Of a DNA stretch of 64,000 nt, positions 20,303 through 29,735 are shown in pieces; within the stretch, counting starts at the first letter, position 1; the number at the start of each line of letters is the position of its first letter. Both the position numbers and the translations under genes were made by a program. The stretch spans positions 384,001-448,000 of the forward strand of contig CP060223.1 of assembly GCA_023898465.1 (NCBI GenBank), read 5' to 3'. Below the pieces are notes generated by a model. It saw only the letters and a list, made by a program, of their open reading frames with translations, had not been told where the DNA came from and did not search any database. The stretch comes from Candidatus Nomurabacteria bacterium (GTDB lineage: Bacteria; Patescibacteriota; Patescibacteriia; HK-STAS-PATE-3).

Positions 20303-20773
20303 TTAGACTCTGCGTACTTTACGTGGACGACAGCCGTTATGTGGGGTTGGGGTGATGTCCTTGATGGAGTTGATGGTGAAACCTTGGGCGCTTAAGGCTC
20401 GGATAGCAGCCTCACGACCAGAACCAATACCCTTCACAAAAACGTCAAGCGTTTTTAAGCCGGTGTCGCGTACTTTTTCAGTAACATTTCGCACAATAAT
20501 TCCAGCTGCGTATGGGGTAGCCTTTTTCGGGCCCTTAAATCCAGCCATTCCGGATGATCCCCAGGCTAATGCGTTACCGCTTCCATCAGTCAAAGTGACA
20601 ATGGTGTTGTTATAGCTGGCTTGAATATGAGCTTGTCCATGTGTGACAAACTTCTTTTTCTTCTTTTTCTTACCTCGAGAAGATTTCACCGCTGGCGCAG
20701 CCGAAGTACTTGCTTCAGTGCTTTCAGCGACTTTTTCCTCTTTCTGTTCTGCTTGTGTTGCTTCTTCGCTCAT
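20303..20773 (-). CDS. rpsK: 30S ribosomal protein S11 with a roughly 40-aa N-terminal extension containing a K7 run
   Basis: The C-terminal 115 aa are canonical S11 (...GFKGPKKATPYAAGI...RPRKVRRV). The N-terminal extension is acidic, then poly-Lys. Confidence 0.9.
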   Translation of the reverse strand: MSEEATQAEQKEEKVAESTEASTSAAPAVKSSRGKKKKKKKFVTHGQAHIQASYNNTIVTLTDGSGNALAWGSSGMAGFKGPKKATPYAAGIIVRNVTEKVRDTGLKTLDVFVKGIGSGREAAIRALSAQGFTINSIKDITPTPHNGCRPRKVRRV

Positions 20774-20776
20774 AGT

Positions 20777-21169
20777 TTATGTCTTTTCAGCTGCTGGTTT
20801 GCGACCTGAACCCATCGTACGTCGGACGTTACCGCGAACTGTACGTGAATTTGTCTTGGTTCGTTGCCCGTGGACTGGTAAGCCCTTTGAGTGGCGGGAT
20901 CCACGATACGCGCCAATATCCTTTAAACGCTTAATATTTGCGCTAATTTCACGACGAAGTTCACCTTCGACGCGGAATTCTTTTTCAATAAATTCGCGGA
21001 GTGTATTTGTCTGCTGCTCATCAAGGGCTTGCGTGCGCAAATCATTGCTAATTTTAGCCATTTCAAGAATTTTTTTGGCACGAGTCCGACCAATACCGTA
21101 AATGTAGGTCAGAGCAATTTCAATGCGTTTGTTGTTTGGGAGTGTTACTCCAGCGATACGAACAGCCAT
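20777..21169 (-). CDS. rpsM: 30S ribosomal protein S13
   Basis: [27 protein letters not shown]... Confidence 0.9.
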   Translation of the reverse strand: MAVRIAGVTLPNNKRIEIALTYIYGIGRTRAKKILEMAKISNDLRTQALDEQQTNTLREFIEKEFRVEGELRREISANIKRLKDIGAYRGSRHSKGLPVHGQRTKTNSRTVRGNVRRTMGSGRKPAAEKT

Positions 21170-21171
21170 AA

Positions 21172-21285
21172 TTATCCTTGACGTTGCTTATGTCGTGGGT
21201 TTTCACATATCACGACAAGTCGCTTCTTTCTACGAATTAAGCGACATTTTAAACACATTTTTTTTACTGATGGACGTACTTTCAT
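21172..21285 (-). CDS. rpmJ: 50S ribosomal protein L36 (37 aa; below the ORF-track length cutoff)
   Basis: Reverse-complement translation gives [37 protein letters not shown]. The start ATG overlaps the infA stop in TAATG. Coordinates were inferred to be frame-consistent with the flanking ORF-track genes. Confidence 0.75.
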   Translation of the reverse strand: MKVRPSVKKMCLKCRLIRRKKRLVVICENPRHKQRQG

Positions 21286-21536
21286 TAGTGTCGATAGGTA
21301 ATGCGACCCTTGGTTAAATCGTATGGCGTCATTTCAAGTGTCACCGAATCGCCTGGTACAATACGAATTTTGAACATTCGCATACGGCCAGACAGGTGGG
21401 CAAGCACTTCTTTGCCGTTTTCGAGCTCCACCCGAAACATTGCGTTTGGAAGTTGCTCGGTTACGGTGCCGATCAGCTCAATAAAACCCTTTTTATTTTC
21501 GCTGACATTGAGTTGTTTCTTTGGGTCTTTCGCCAA
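21285..21536 (-). CDS. infA: Translation initiation factor IF-1
   Basis: 83 aa IF-1 (S1-like OB fold; ...[20 protein letters not shown]...). By my reading the start codon is TTG. Confidence 0.85.
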   Translation of the reverse strand: MAKDPKKQLNVSENKKGFIELIGTVTEQLPNAMFRVELENGKEVLAHLSGRMRMFKIRIVPGDSVTLEMTPYDLTKGRITYRH

Positions 21537-22003
21537 AATAGAAAGTTGAACTAGGCGTTGTTATTGTGCACGCCTAACCCTGGTAAAAGCATCAGATCTA
21601 TTTCCAGATACGTCAGGGTCAATCACAAAGTCGTGCACACTGGCGCAACTATAACGGATGTGGCTTTTCTCGTCAAGAGTAAGCATGTTTTCTTACATAT
21701 TGAATATATTTGGCTAATATTAGCAAAAAGACAAAGACTCCTGCCCGGAACTCGATTCGAGCGCATCAATGAGTTCTCGCCTGTATGCAATGTCCCAGAC
21801 TTGTGGAGTACAGCGCCTCTCAACTCTGAAACTGGAAAAATATGACTTGTCGCGAGCTTTTGATGACAGTCCGAGCAGGAGCCTTTGCCCAAGTGCAACA
21901 ATACAAGGCTCTGCTGATGCAGCTACCTTGTAAAAAACACTCCTTGTGACAACGTGTACTCCCCTGCTTCCTTAAGCTAAGTGTACGCCGCTATCTTGTC
22001 ATG

Positions 22004-22408
22004 TCAAGCATTTTCCCGAACTTCCAGTTCGTCAAAGCCGGTTTCTTCGCTAAATACACGCTGGTACTCCACATCCTCAAATATGCCAATAACAATTTCG
22101 GCGGTAAATTTTACCTTACAACCATCGCGCAAGTGTCCACCTATGACATTTCCTTCCTTGTCGGATATAGACACATGAATGTGACACCCCTTTGATGAGA
22201 TTGTTCCGGTGCCGGAAACAATTTCAAATGGACCATCCCATTCTTTCACTGCTTGGTTGTTTGCCTCGGATCCCGCCATACGCAGGACAGCATTTTCTAG
22301 ACCACCTACGATGGAGAGTAAAACACCAGCCGAAACATTTTGCGTCCGCGCTTCAATCTCTTCTTTAAGGAGTTGTCCTGGCCGTAAACGAAAAGTAAGT
22401 TGTTTCAT
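22004..22408 (-). CDS. PPC / DUF296 domain protein
   Basis: 134 aa; the KGCHIHVSISDKEGNVIGGHL segment resembles PPC (plants-and-prokaryotes conserved) domain signatures. The family assignment is from memory. Confidence 0.45.
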   Translation of the reverse strand: MKQLTFRLRPGQLLKEEIEARTQNVSAGVLLSIVGGLENAVLRMAGSEANNQAVKEWDGPFEIVSGTGTISSKGCHIHVSISDKEGNVIGGHLRDGCKVKFTAEIVIGIFEDVEYQRVFSEETGFDELEVRENA

Positions 22409-22839
22409 AGTACTTGAATTAACTCTATCACACCGCTAAGTAGATTACTTTCGCCGAGAGCATCGTCTCTATTAAACCAGCGTACCTCCGCCACTTTTTT
22501 GTCTTTGGCCACTGGCGTGCCTGATTCGAGGCGGCATTCATACGGGATAAGAATTACTTGCCAATCCACACCCTCATTTGTTCGCCACATTTTGGTTTGA
22601 ACAAGCGGAAGTAAACGAGTAATGCTTACTTCACAATCAATTTCTTCCTTTATTTCGCGATGAAGTGCTTGTTCAACTGTTTCATTTACTTCAATCTTTC
22701 CACCAGGAAATTCCCACTTGGCATCAGCCTCTGGAATAAGCTTATCAATTCGGCGTTGTAATAAAAGTTCACCGTTTTCGTTTGTAATGAGTCCGACAAC
22801 GATGATAATTTGCTTAACGTTATTTACGCTTGCATTCAT
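22405..22839 (-). CDS. NUDIX hydrolase, MutT-like
   Basis: Nudix box GGKIEVNETVEQALHREIKEEIDCEV. The overall architecture resembles E. coli MutT. Confidence 0.8.
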   Translation of the reverse strand: MNASVNNVKQIIIVVGLITNENGELLLQRRIDKLIPEADAKWEFPGGKIEVNETVEQALHREIKEEIDCEVSITRLLPLVQTKMWRTNEGVDWQVILIPYECRLESGTPVAKDKKVAEVRWFNRDDALGESNLLSGVIELIQVL

Positions 22840-23306
22840 GTTAGTTCATTACGGATTTCCATCCAGATTTTACCAATCATATTCAGGCCTGTTTTTTGAG
22901 GTCCGTTACCCCAAAAATCATCGACAGGAGAGTTCTCAATAATTTCTTTATCACCTGTTTTCTTAAGAACCTCCATTACATCAGGATTTTGATTTACCTT
23001 AGCGCAAAAAATTTCCTTCATAATGCGCACTTTTTCAGAATGCCACTCCTTGTATATTTTTTCTTTATGTTTTTGTGCAAGTCGGTGAGCCATTTCCGGA
23101 CTTCGTGAAGCAAGTATTTCTTGTTTGACTTCAGGGTAGTCGCGAAATTTTTGCCATTGATATGCGTGCTCAGCAGTAGGAAAGCTTTGTCCCCATATGT
23201 CAATTCTATGGGCTGAAAAAGAATCGAAAACATGAAAGGCTGGAGTAAAAAAATATATTTCATCCCCGCTTTCCATATTTAGATCTTTACTTGAGCTTGG
23301 ATACAT
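22836..23306 (-). CDS. NADAR / YbiA-like (DUF1768) domain protein
   Basis: FFTPAFHVFDSFSAHRIDIWGQSFPTAEHAYQWQKF plus a C-terminal DDFWGNGPQKTGLNMIGKIWMEIR, which is characteristic of the YbiA/NADAR family. Confidence 0.65.
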   Translation of the reverse strand: MYPSSSKDLNMESGDEIYFFTPAFHVFDSFSAHRIDIWGQSFPTAEHAYQWQKFRDYPEVKQEILASRSPEMAHRLAQKHKEKIYKEWHSEKVRIMKEIFCAKVNQNPDVMEVLKKTGDKEIIENSPVDDFWGNGPQKTGLNMIGKIWMEIRNELT

Positions 23307-23367
23307 ATACTAGAATACTATTTTATAAAACCGAACAGCTGAACTTTATTTCTAGTAGAGTTTGTAT

Positions 23368-26061
23368 TTATGCCCCGTGACACTTTTTATACTTTTTGCC
23401 TGAACCGCAAGGACAAAGGTCGTTACGACCCACTTTTGGTAAGGCGTTTGTGGTTTCTTGCGCGCTTGGTGCTTTTGCAGCCGGAGTATTTGGGTCTGAT
23501 GGTGAAAAAGCCGACTTAGCATCTTGTTGCACCTTAGCCGGCGCGGTCATAGTAAGTACTCGTCGCTGCATTGGAGTTGCTTGCGCAATATTCTGCGTCT
23601 GAGACATGCGGAAGAGGGTGAAAACTATGGAATTGTTTACTGAGTCAATGAGTTGCGTAAACATGCCATACGCCTCTTTTTTGTATTCCACTAGAGGATC
23701 GCGCTGTCCATAGCCACGCAAGCCAATTCCTTGGCGCAATCGGGTCATGTTGTCGAGGTGCTCAATCCAAAGCGTATCAATAGAGCGTAAAGCTACTCCT
23801 CGCTCTACTTGGCGCATCCTCTCAACGCTAATATGTTCCTCAATGCGGGCGTACTCTGTTTGCGCTAAATCAACTAAGTAGTGAATGATAGCTTGTCGCG
23901 CCGCTGCATCCGCAGCAGTATCCCCTGCTTGGGCACGTAATTCATCAAGCTTAATTCTTTTTTCAATGGCAATTGGAAACATGGAATCCACAATTTCGTA
24001 TATTTCTTCAATATCCCAGGCGTGCTCATCCTCAGAAGCGGTGTGAAAAGAAACTGCTTTAGTAATCTCTTCCTCAATCGATTTCAGTACGATTTCGCGT
24101 AATTTTTCCGGCTCAGCTGACAGGTATTCGTTTCGCTTGCGATAAATGACTTCGCGATGTTTATTCATCACGTCATCGTATTCAACTAAATGCTTACGAA
24201 TATCAAAATTATGACCTTCAACTTTTTTCTGCGCTTGCTCGATTGATCTGGAGATAAGCTTATTTTCGATTGGCATATCCTCAGGCAAGCCAAGACGTTC
24301 CATAATACTCTTCATGCGATCAGAGCCGAAGATGCGCATGAGATCATCATCCATGCAGACAAAAAATTGTGTCGAACCTGGATCGCCCTGACGCCCGGCT
24401 CGCCCGCGGAGCTGATTGTCAATCCGACGTGATTCGTGTCGCTCAGTGCCGATAACGTGCAGACCGCCAACTGAACGTACAAATTCAGCTTCCTGCTCTT
24501 GATAAGGCGCTCCACCGAGGATAATGTCGACGCCGCGACCTGCCATGTTTGTTGCAACGGTGACCGCACCTTTGCGGCCGGCTTGTGCTAAAATCGCCGC
24601 TTCTTTTTCGTGGTTTTTTGCGTTCAATACCTCGTGCGGAATCCCTTCGCGCTTGAGTAATTCACCTAAAATTTCATTCTTTTCAATCGATATAGTGCCG
24701 AGCAACACTGGTTGTCCCAGCTCATGACGGCGCTTTACTTCTCGCACGACGGAAAGAAACTTCCCTTTTTCGTTTTTATAAATACTGTCAGGCAGGTCAA
24801 CGCGGGCTAAGGGTTTATTTGTTGGAATAGTTACAACCTCGAGCTCGTATATTTTTGAAAACTCTTCCGCTTCAGTCATTGCTGTGCCAGTCATACCGCT
24901 TAACTTATCGTAAAGTCGGAAGAGGTTTTGGAAAGAAATGGTAGCGAGGGTTTCGCTTTCCTTCTTAATCTCCACTCGTTCTTTTGCTTCAATGGCCTGA
25001 TGCAAGCCCTCAGAATAACGGCGGCCAAACATTAAACGACCAGTAAATTCATCGACAATAACCACCTCACCATCTTTTACCACGTAATCTTTATCTCGTT
25101 GGAATAATGCGTGCGCTTTTAGAGCTTGTTCAACTCGATGAACTGTCTCAATTCCACCCGCCTCATACATATTTTCAATATGCAAAGCTTGTTCAATTTT
25201 AGCGATTCCTCCCTCGGTTAAGGTGGCGCTACGCATTTTCTCATCAACGTTATAGTCAGCTCCTTCGCTTAGGCGTTGGACTAAGTCAGCATAACGATAA
25301 TTTTCTTCACCAGAATCTTCAGCAGGGGCGGAAATGATAAGCGGAGTGCGAGCTTCGTCAATTAAGATGGAATCAACTTCGTCGACAATGGCGTAATGTA
25401 ATGCCCGCTGTACTTTCAACGAGGCATCCGGCACCATATTATCGCGCAGATAATCAAAGCCAAATTCATTATTAGTTCCATAAGTGATATCAGCTGCGTA
25501 CGCGTCTTTACGCTGAACTGGTCGCAAATTATTCCATTGCGGATCATCTGATTGAAACTCAGGGTCGTAAAGAAACGCAGCCTCGTGCTGAATAGAGGCC
25601 ACGCTGAGGCCTAGGGCGTGGTAAACCGGGCCCATCCACTGTGCATCACGTTTGGCGAGGTAGTCATTTACCGTAACCACATGTACGCCTTTACCGCTGA
25701 GAGCATTTAATGTTACCGGTAAAGTGGCAACTAGGGTTTTTCCTTCACCAGTTTTCATTTCAGCAATCATGCCCTTATGAAGGACCATGCCACCAATTAA
25801 CTGCACATCAAAATGGCGCATGCCAAGTTTTCGCTTGGCCGTTTCTCTGACTATCGCAAAAACCTCAACCAAAAACTTTTCCGCAGTAGGTGTTTCCTGC
25901 TCTCGGAGCTCGGATTGAATTTCTTGCACGCGCTGCAAAATAGCGGCATCGTCCATGCCTTGTATCTTCGCCTCTAGCGCCGAAATCTCGTCAACTGTCT
26001 TCTGCAGTGACTTCACGGTGCGGGCGTTTGCATCTCCAAACAATTTCGTCAAAACCGACAT
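23368..26061 (-). CDS. secA: Preprotein translocase ATPase SecA
   Basis: 897 aa with DEAD-like motor motifs and a C-terminal zinc finger [14 protein letters not shown]. Confidence 0.95.
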   Translation of the reverse strand: MSVLTKLFGDANARTVKSLQKTVDEISALEAKIQGMDDAAILQRVQEIQSELREQETPTAEKFLVEVFAIVRETAKRKLGMRHFDVQLIGGMVLHKGMIAEMKTGEGKTLVATLPVTLNALSGKGVHVVTVNDYLAKRDAQWMGPVYHALGLSVASIQHEAAFLYDPEFQSDDPQWNNLRPVQRKDAYAADITYGTNNEFGFDYLRDNMVPDASLKVQRALHYAIVDEVDSILIDEARTPLIISAPAEDSGEENYRYADLVQRLSEGADYNVDEKMRSATLTEGGIAKIEQALHIENMYEAGGIETVHRVEQALKAHALFQRDKDYVVKDGEVVIVDEFTGRLMFGRRYSEGLHQAIEAKERVEIKKESETLATISFQNLFRLYDKLSGMTGTAMTEAEEFSKIYELEVVTIPTNKPLARVDLPDSIYKNEKGKFLSVVREVKRRHELGQPVLLGTISIEKNEILGELLKREGIPHEVLNAKNHEKEAAILAQAGRKGAVTVATNMAGRGVDIILGGAPYQEQEAEFVRSVGGLHVIGTERHESRRIDNQLRGRAGRQGDPGSTQFFVCMDDDLMRIFGSDRMKSIMERLGLPEDMPIENKLISRSIEQAQKKVEGHNFDIRKHLVEYDDVMNKHREVIYRKRNEYLSAEPEKLREIVLKSIEEEITKAVSFHTASEDEHAWDIEEIYEIVDSMFPIAIEKRIKLDELRAQAGDTAADAAARQAIIHYLVDLAQTEYARIEEHISVERMRQVERGVALRSIDTLWIEHLDNMTRLRQGIGLRGYGQRDPLVEYKKEAYGMFTQLIDSVNNSIVFTLFRMSQTQNIAQATPMQRRVLTMTAPAKVQQDAKSAFSPSDPNTPAAKAPSAQETTNALPKVGRNDLCPCGSGKKYKKCHGA

Positions 26062-26116
26062 AATCGTGCGAACCGTACTCTACCCCGCTGAGCAGGTTCT
26101 GTAAAGGTATTAGTTG

Positions 26117-26401
26117 TTAATGGCGCTTTCTCAATTGAGTTTCAAGCATATCTTGGACAATATCAATTGCCGCGTAGAAGTCCTCATGCTCAGTCTCTGC
26201 GTAGATATCTGGTCCAGAAACCTGCATTTGGGCTTTTACGGTGCAAATTTTGCCGTGACGATGATGAAAATTACGCTCGAAAGTAAGAGAAAGCTGCGTA
26301 ATATCCTTCGCATACTTTTCTAAACGCTGCATCTTATCTTCCGCATATTCACGCAGCGCGTCAGTTGTGTCGATATTTTGTCCGTGGATGATTATATTCA
26401 T
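26117..26401 (-). CDS. hpf: Ribosome hibernation promoting factor / RaiA, short form
   Basis: MNIIIHGQNIDTTDALREYAEDKMQRLEKY... The start is chosen at the internal Met; the ORF track extends to 26455 and would overlap murB. Confidence 0.75.
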   Translation of the reverse strand: MNIIIHGQNIDTTDALREYAEDKMQRLEKYAKDITQLSLTFERNFHHRHGKICTVKAQMQVSGPDIYAETEHEDFYAAIDIVQDMLETQLRKRH

Positions 26402-26402
26402 A

Positions 26403-27299
26403 CTAGAATCCAATATACCGTATTTCCTCACGGAGTTGAACCCCATAAGAATCACGGATTTGCTGTTTAATGTAGCTAATGAGCATAACTATATGTTCGG
26501 CTTTTGCTTCTCCGGTGTTCACAATGAAATTTGCATGCTGGGTAGACACTTGAGCGCCTCCGATTTCCTTACCTTTTAGTCCGGCTTGATCAATGAGTCG
26601 ACCAGCTGACTGGCCAGGAGGATTGGTGAAAATACAGCCAGCCGAAGCGTTTTTTAGTGGTTGCACTTCCTTTTTTCGAAGCAAGTTTTCGTTTATTCGA
26701 CTGCGGATTGCCACCGGATCGTCACTTTGCAATGGAAACCAAGCTCGTAAAACCACACCGCCCTGTTGTTTAAATACGCTTGTACGGTAGGCAAAGGCGC
26801 ATTCTTCCGGGGTAAAAAGCTTTACCGTACCACCTGTATCAAGTCCCTCAACCTTACTACTCTTATTTCCCAGTCCATATTCCGAATTTCCGGCATTGCC
26901 AAATATCCCACCACCCACAGTACCCGGTATGCCGGCTAGGAATTCCATACCACTTAAGCCATGCTGCGCTGCGCTGTTCATAAGTAAACTGAGTGGAACG
27001 TCAGCCTCTGCTTCTAAAACACTATCCTCAAGTAAAGTAATTTGCTTTCCACCTGATCGAATAACCACCCCATCAAAACCCTGATCAGAAATAAGCACAT
27101 TTGCCCCAGAGCCTAGGACAATAAAAGGAAGTGCTAATTCCTGAACTGCACGTAATAAGGAAAGAAACTCTTGCGCGGTCTGTGGGTGATAAAACAACTT
27201 TGCGGGACCACCTACTTTAAAATACGTGTAGGGTGCTAATATCTCGTTCTCTTTCCCGTTTGGGAAGCGGCGTAATAGCTCTTGTAGCTTATCTTGCAT
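26403..27299 (-). CDS. murB: UDP-N-acetylenolpyruvoylglucosamine reductase
   Basis: FAD-binding domain YFKVGGPAKLF...LGSGANVL. Confidence 0.85.
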   Translation of the reverse strand: MQDKLQELLRRFPNGKENEILAPYTYFKVGGPAKLFYHPQTAQEFLSLLRAVQELALPFIVLGSGANVLISDQGFDGVVIRSGGKQITLLEDSVLEAEADVPLSLLMNSAAQHGLSGMEFLAGIPGTVGGGIFGNAGNSEYGLGNKSSKVEGLDTGGTVKLFTPEECAFAYRTSVFKQQGGVVLRAWFPLQSDDPVAIRSRINENLLRKKEVQPLKNASAGCIFTNPPGQSAGRLIDQAGLKGKEIGGAQVSTQHANFIVNTGEAKAEHIVMLISYIKQQIRDSYGVQLREEIRYIGF

Positions 27300-28656
27300 T
27301 GTCGTGTTGCTCCTTAGCTAAGATTTTTTGCATAAGGGCGTGCACTGAACCAGCACCCAAGCAAAGCACAACCGCATTACTTGAAATGTGAGTATGGAGT
27401 GACTTATCTAAGACCTCTTCAGTGTCACAAAGTTCTACATTTTTCTTTTTCTCCTGCAATTGAGCATACAAATCTTCCAAGGTAAAAACGTTTGCTTTAT
27501 TTTGTTCGCGACCAAGTACTTCGTAGGTGTGATATAAGAGTATCGTATCAGCTGGTACAAGTGCTTCAGTGAATGCTGAGCCAAAGGCGTTTAATCTTTG
27601 TTGTTGGTGCGGCTGAAATACCACGATGAGTTTTTTATCAGGAAATATCTGCTTGGCAGCTTGTAGTGTCGCGGCAATTTCCGTGGGATGATGGGCATAA
27701 TCGGAAATAAACTCAGTCCCAAAATACGTCCCTAAATGTTGGAAGCGTCGTTCTATGCCTTGTAAGCGAGAAAAGCCAAGCTCTATCGCTTCCTTTTTGA
27801 CTCCTAGGTGCTGTGCAACGGCAATAGCGCCCAGCGCGTTGCTTATCATATGCTCGCCAGGAAGCGGCACGTGAATAGTTCCGAATTCGGATGAGACAAG
27901 CGTACTACCATTTATGTCGTGTGAAATCTGTAGATCTTGCTTTGCGTTATTTAAGCTGAACCAATGCGCTCGATCACGAATATGCTGAGGTAGTTGCTGA
28001 ATGCCTGGATCGTCGGCATTTAAAAAGTATGTACCTTTCGTTTGTCCTAAAAACTGGGTGAAAGTATCAAGAACATCCTCAAAATGAGCATAGGTATCAA
28101 CGTGATCATGCTCAATATTTGTGACAACACTTATTTCTGGATGATAGTTAAGAAATGAACGATTAAACTCATCTGCTTCCAACACAAGATATTTTCCCTT
28201 TCCAGCCCGGAAATTGCCGCCCCAGTTTTTTACGCGACTGCCTACTACAACGATTGGATCAAGCTGAGCAGCCTCGAGTAGCATACCAAGAAAAGTAGTT
28301 GTGCTTGTTTTACCATGCGTTCCACTGACGGCAATTACCTGAAGCCCCTCACTCATTTGCGCTAAGGCCTCTGGATAGCTTAACACAGGGATATTTTTCC
28401 TTGCCGCTTCCTGACGTTCTGGATGTGTCACTGCTATTGCCGGACTATACAGCACAACTTCGCTTGCTTCCGGCAAATGCGATTCACCTATGCGCACCTC
28501 AATTTTTTCATCACGGAGTTGACGTATATTATCTGAGTCAGCTGCATCGCTGCCGCTCACGCTGATTCCCTCGCTGCGAAGCCAACGGGCAAGTGCGCTA
28601 ATACCTATGCCACCGATGCCTATGCAATGCACATGTTTTGCTTTGAGAAGCTTCAT
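27289..28656 (-). CDS. murC: UDP-N-acetylmuramate--L-alanine ligase
   Basis: HCIGIGGIGISALA... and GTHGKTSTT, the Mur ligase P-loop. Confidence 0.9.
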   Translation of the reverse strand: MKLLKAKHVHCIGIGGIGISALARWLRSEGISVSGSDAADSDNIRQLRDEKIEVRIGESHLPEASEVVLYSPAIAVTHPERQEAARKNIPVLSYPEALAQMSEGLQVIAVSGTHGKTSTTTFLGMLLEAAQLDPIVVVGSRVKNWGGNFRAGKGKYLVLEADEFNRSFLNYHPEISVVTNIEHDHVDTYAHFEDVLDTFTQFLGQTKGTYFLNADDPGIQQLPQHIRDRAHWFSLNNAKQDLQISHDINGSTLVSSEFGTIHVPLPGEHMISNALGAIAVAQHLGVKKEAIELGFSRLQGIERRFQHLGTYFGTEFISDYAHHPTEIAATLQAAKQIFPDKKLIVVFQPHQQQRLNAFGSAFTEALVPADTILLYHTYEVLGREQNKANVFTLEDLYAQLQEKKKNVELCDTEEVLDKSLHTHISSNAVVLCLGAGSVHALMQKILAKEQHDNAR

Positions 28657-29735
28657 TATTCTACCTTCCCAGTAATTCGTAAAATTTCCTGAGCAATTTT
28701 TTTTGTTGCATCTGGACGAGCAAGTTGCTGCATATGCATAGCTAACTCGCTTCGAACATCGGCATTACTCATGAGTTGCTCAACTTCAGCCAAGAGTCTG
28801 CTGGCCTGCAAGGATTGTTCAGGGAGGACTTTAATAGCGTCGTGTAATTTAAAATACTCAGCATTTCTCACTTGATGAGATCCTGGAATTGGCACGATGA
28901 TACTTGGTTTTCCTAGGAGTGACAACTCGGTTAAGGTTGATAATCCAGCACGACTGATGACAATGTCAGCTACAGCGTACGCATGAGGCATTTCAACCGT
29001 AAGAAACTCATAGGTGTGGTAGTTTGGATGCGGCACGCTAAATCCACCCTTCCCCTTACCGGTGAGATGGAGAATTTGAAAATGTTCAAGCAAGCGAAGT
29101 GAGGCTGAAGCGATAAGTTGGTTTAAACGCAGTGCACCAGTGCCGCCGCCCATAACTACAATAGTTGGTAAATTACTTCGCAGATTGAACAGCGACCGCG
29201 CTTCCTCAACGCTTCCTTTTAGTATCTCTTTTCGGTATGGATTTCCGGTTACGAGTGCTTTAGATGTTTCGAGTTGTTGTCGCGTCTCTTCAAAACCAAG
29301 TGTGAGTCGGCTGACGCTCGGCAGAACAAGTTTATTTGCTAAACCAAGGTCAATATCAAGCTGATGCGCAAGACTAGGGATGCGTAACATTCTACCCGCC
29401 CACATAACTGGCACACTTACAAAGCTACCCGTACCTACGATAATATCCGGCTTCAAATCTCTTAAACGTGCCAAGGACTGCATCGTACCGCCAGCAATTT
29501 TAAAGAGATCAAAAAAGTTATGGAATGAGAAGTATCTTCGGAGCTTTCCCGCATGAATACTGGTAAATTCAATTCCACTTTGCTCTACTAATTCTCGCTC
29601 AGGGCCATCATCAGTGCCGATAAAAGTGAAACGAATTTTAGGGTCTTGCGCTTGTAATTCTTCTGCAATTGCTAAGAGACTGGTTACTGAACCGCCTGTT
29701 CCCCCGCCTGTTAACACTACATGCAAGGACTTCAT
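28656..29735 (-). CDS. murG: Undecaprenyldiphospho-muramoylpentapeptide beta-N-acetylglucosaminyltransferase
   Basis: LTGGGTGGSV, the GT28 N-terminus. Confidence 0.9.
   Translation of the reverse strand: MKSLHVVLTGGGTGGSVTSLLAIAEELQAQDPKIRFTFIGTDDGPERELVEQSGIEFTSIHAGKLRRYFSFHNFFDLFKIAGGTMQSLARLRDLKPDIIVGTGSFVSVPVMWAGRMLRIPSLAHQLDIDLGLANKLVLPSVSRLTLGFEETRQQLETSKALVTGNPYRKEILKGSVEEARSLFNLRSNLPTIVVMGGGTGALRLNQLIASASLRLLEHFQILHLTGKGKGGFSVPHPNYHTYEFLTVEMPHAYAVADIVISRAGLSTLTELSLLGKPSIIVPIPGSHQVRNAEYFKLHDAIKVLPEQSLQASRLLAEVEQLMSNADVRSELAMHMQQLARPDATKKIAQEILRITGKVE

Noticed and set aside
20621-21101. Plus-strand ORFs with poly-Phe or poly-Leu runs (20621..20809 and 20643..21101)
   Set aside because: They are antisense to rpsK and rpsM. 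The poly-F run is the complement of the S11 poly-Lys (AAG/AAA) tract.
21120-21285. Apparent frameshift at the 3' end of rpmJ (L36). On one reading the frame ran past the conserved ...KHKQRQG terminus and 50 nt into rpsM.
   Set aside because: My base-by-base reading was off by one nucleotide against ORF-track coordinates at several checkpoints (the infA stop, the hpf start and the murB stop). A frame-consistent reading gives canonical L36 ([37 protein letters not shown]) ending in TAA 2 nt before rpsM. I therefore attribute the frameshift to a transcription error on my side.
21558-21901. ORFs 21558..21845 (plus strand) and 21623..21901 (minus strand) inside the 467-nt gap
   Set aside because: They have non-protein-like composition, mutually overlapping frames and no Shine-Dalgarno. 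I treat them as non-coding.
21860-21980. RNase P RNA-like (AGUCCG..., AGUGCAACA) and SRP-RNA-like (AAGGAAGCAG) sequence snippets in the infA upstream gap
   Set aside because: These are only short partial matches to conserved motifs. I could not build the P4 pseudoknot pairing or an SRP domain IV helix around them. The gap is retained as a generic ncRNA or leader candidate only.
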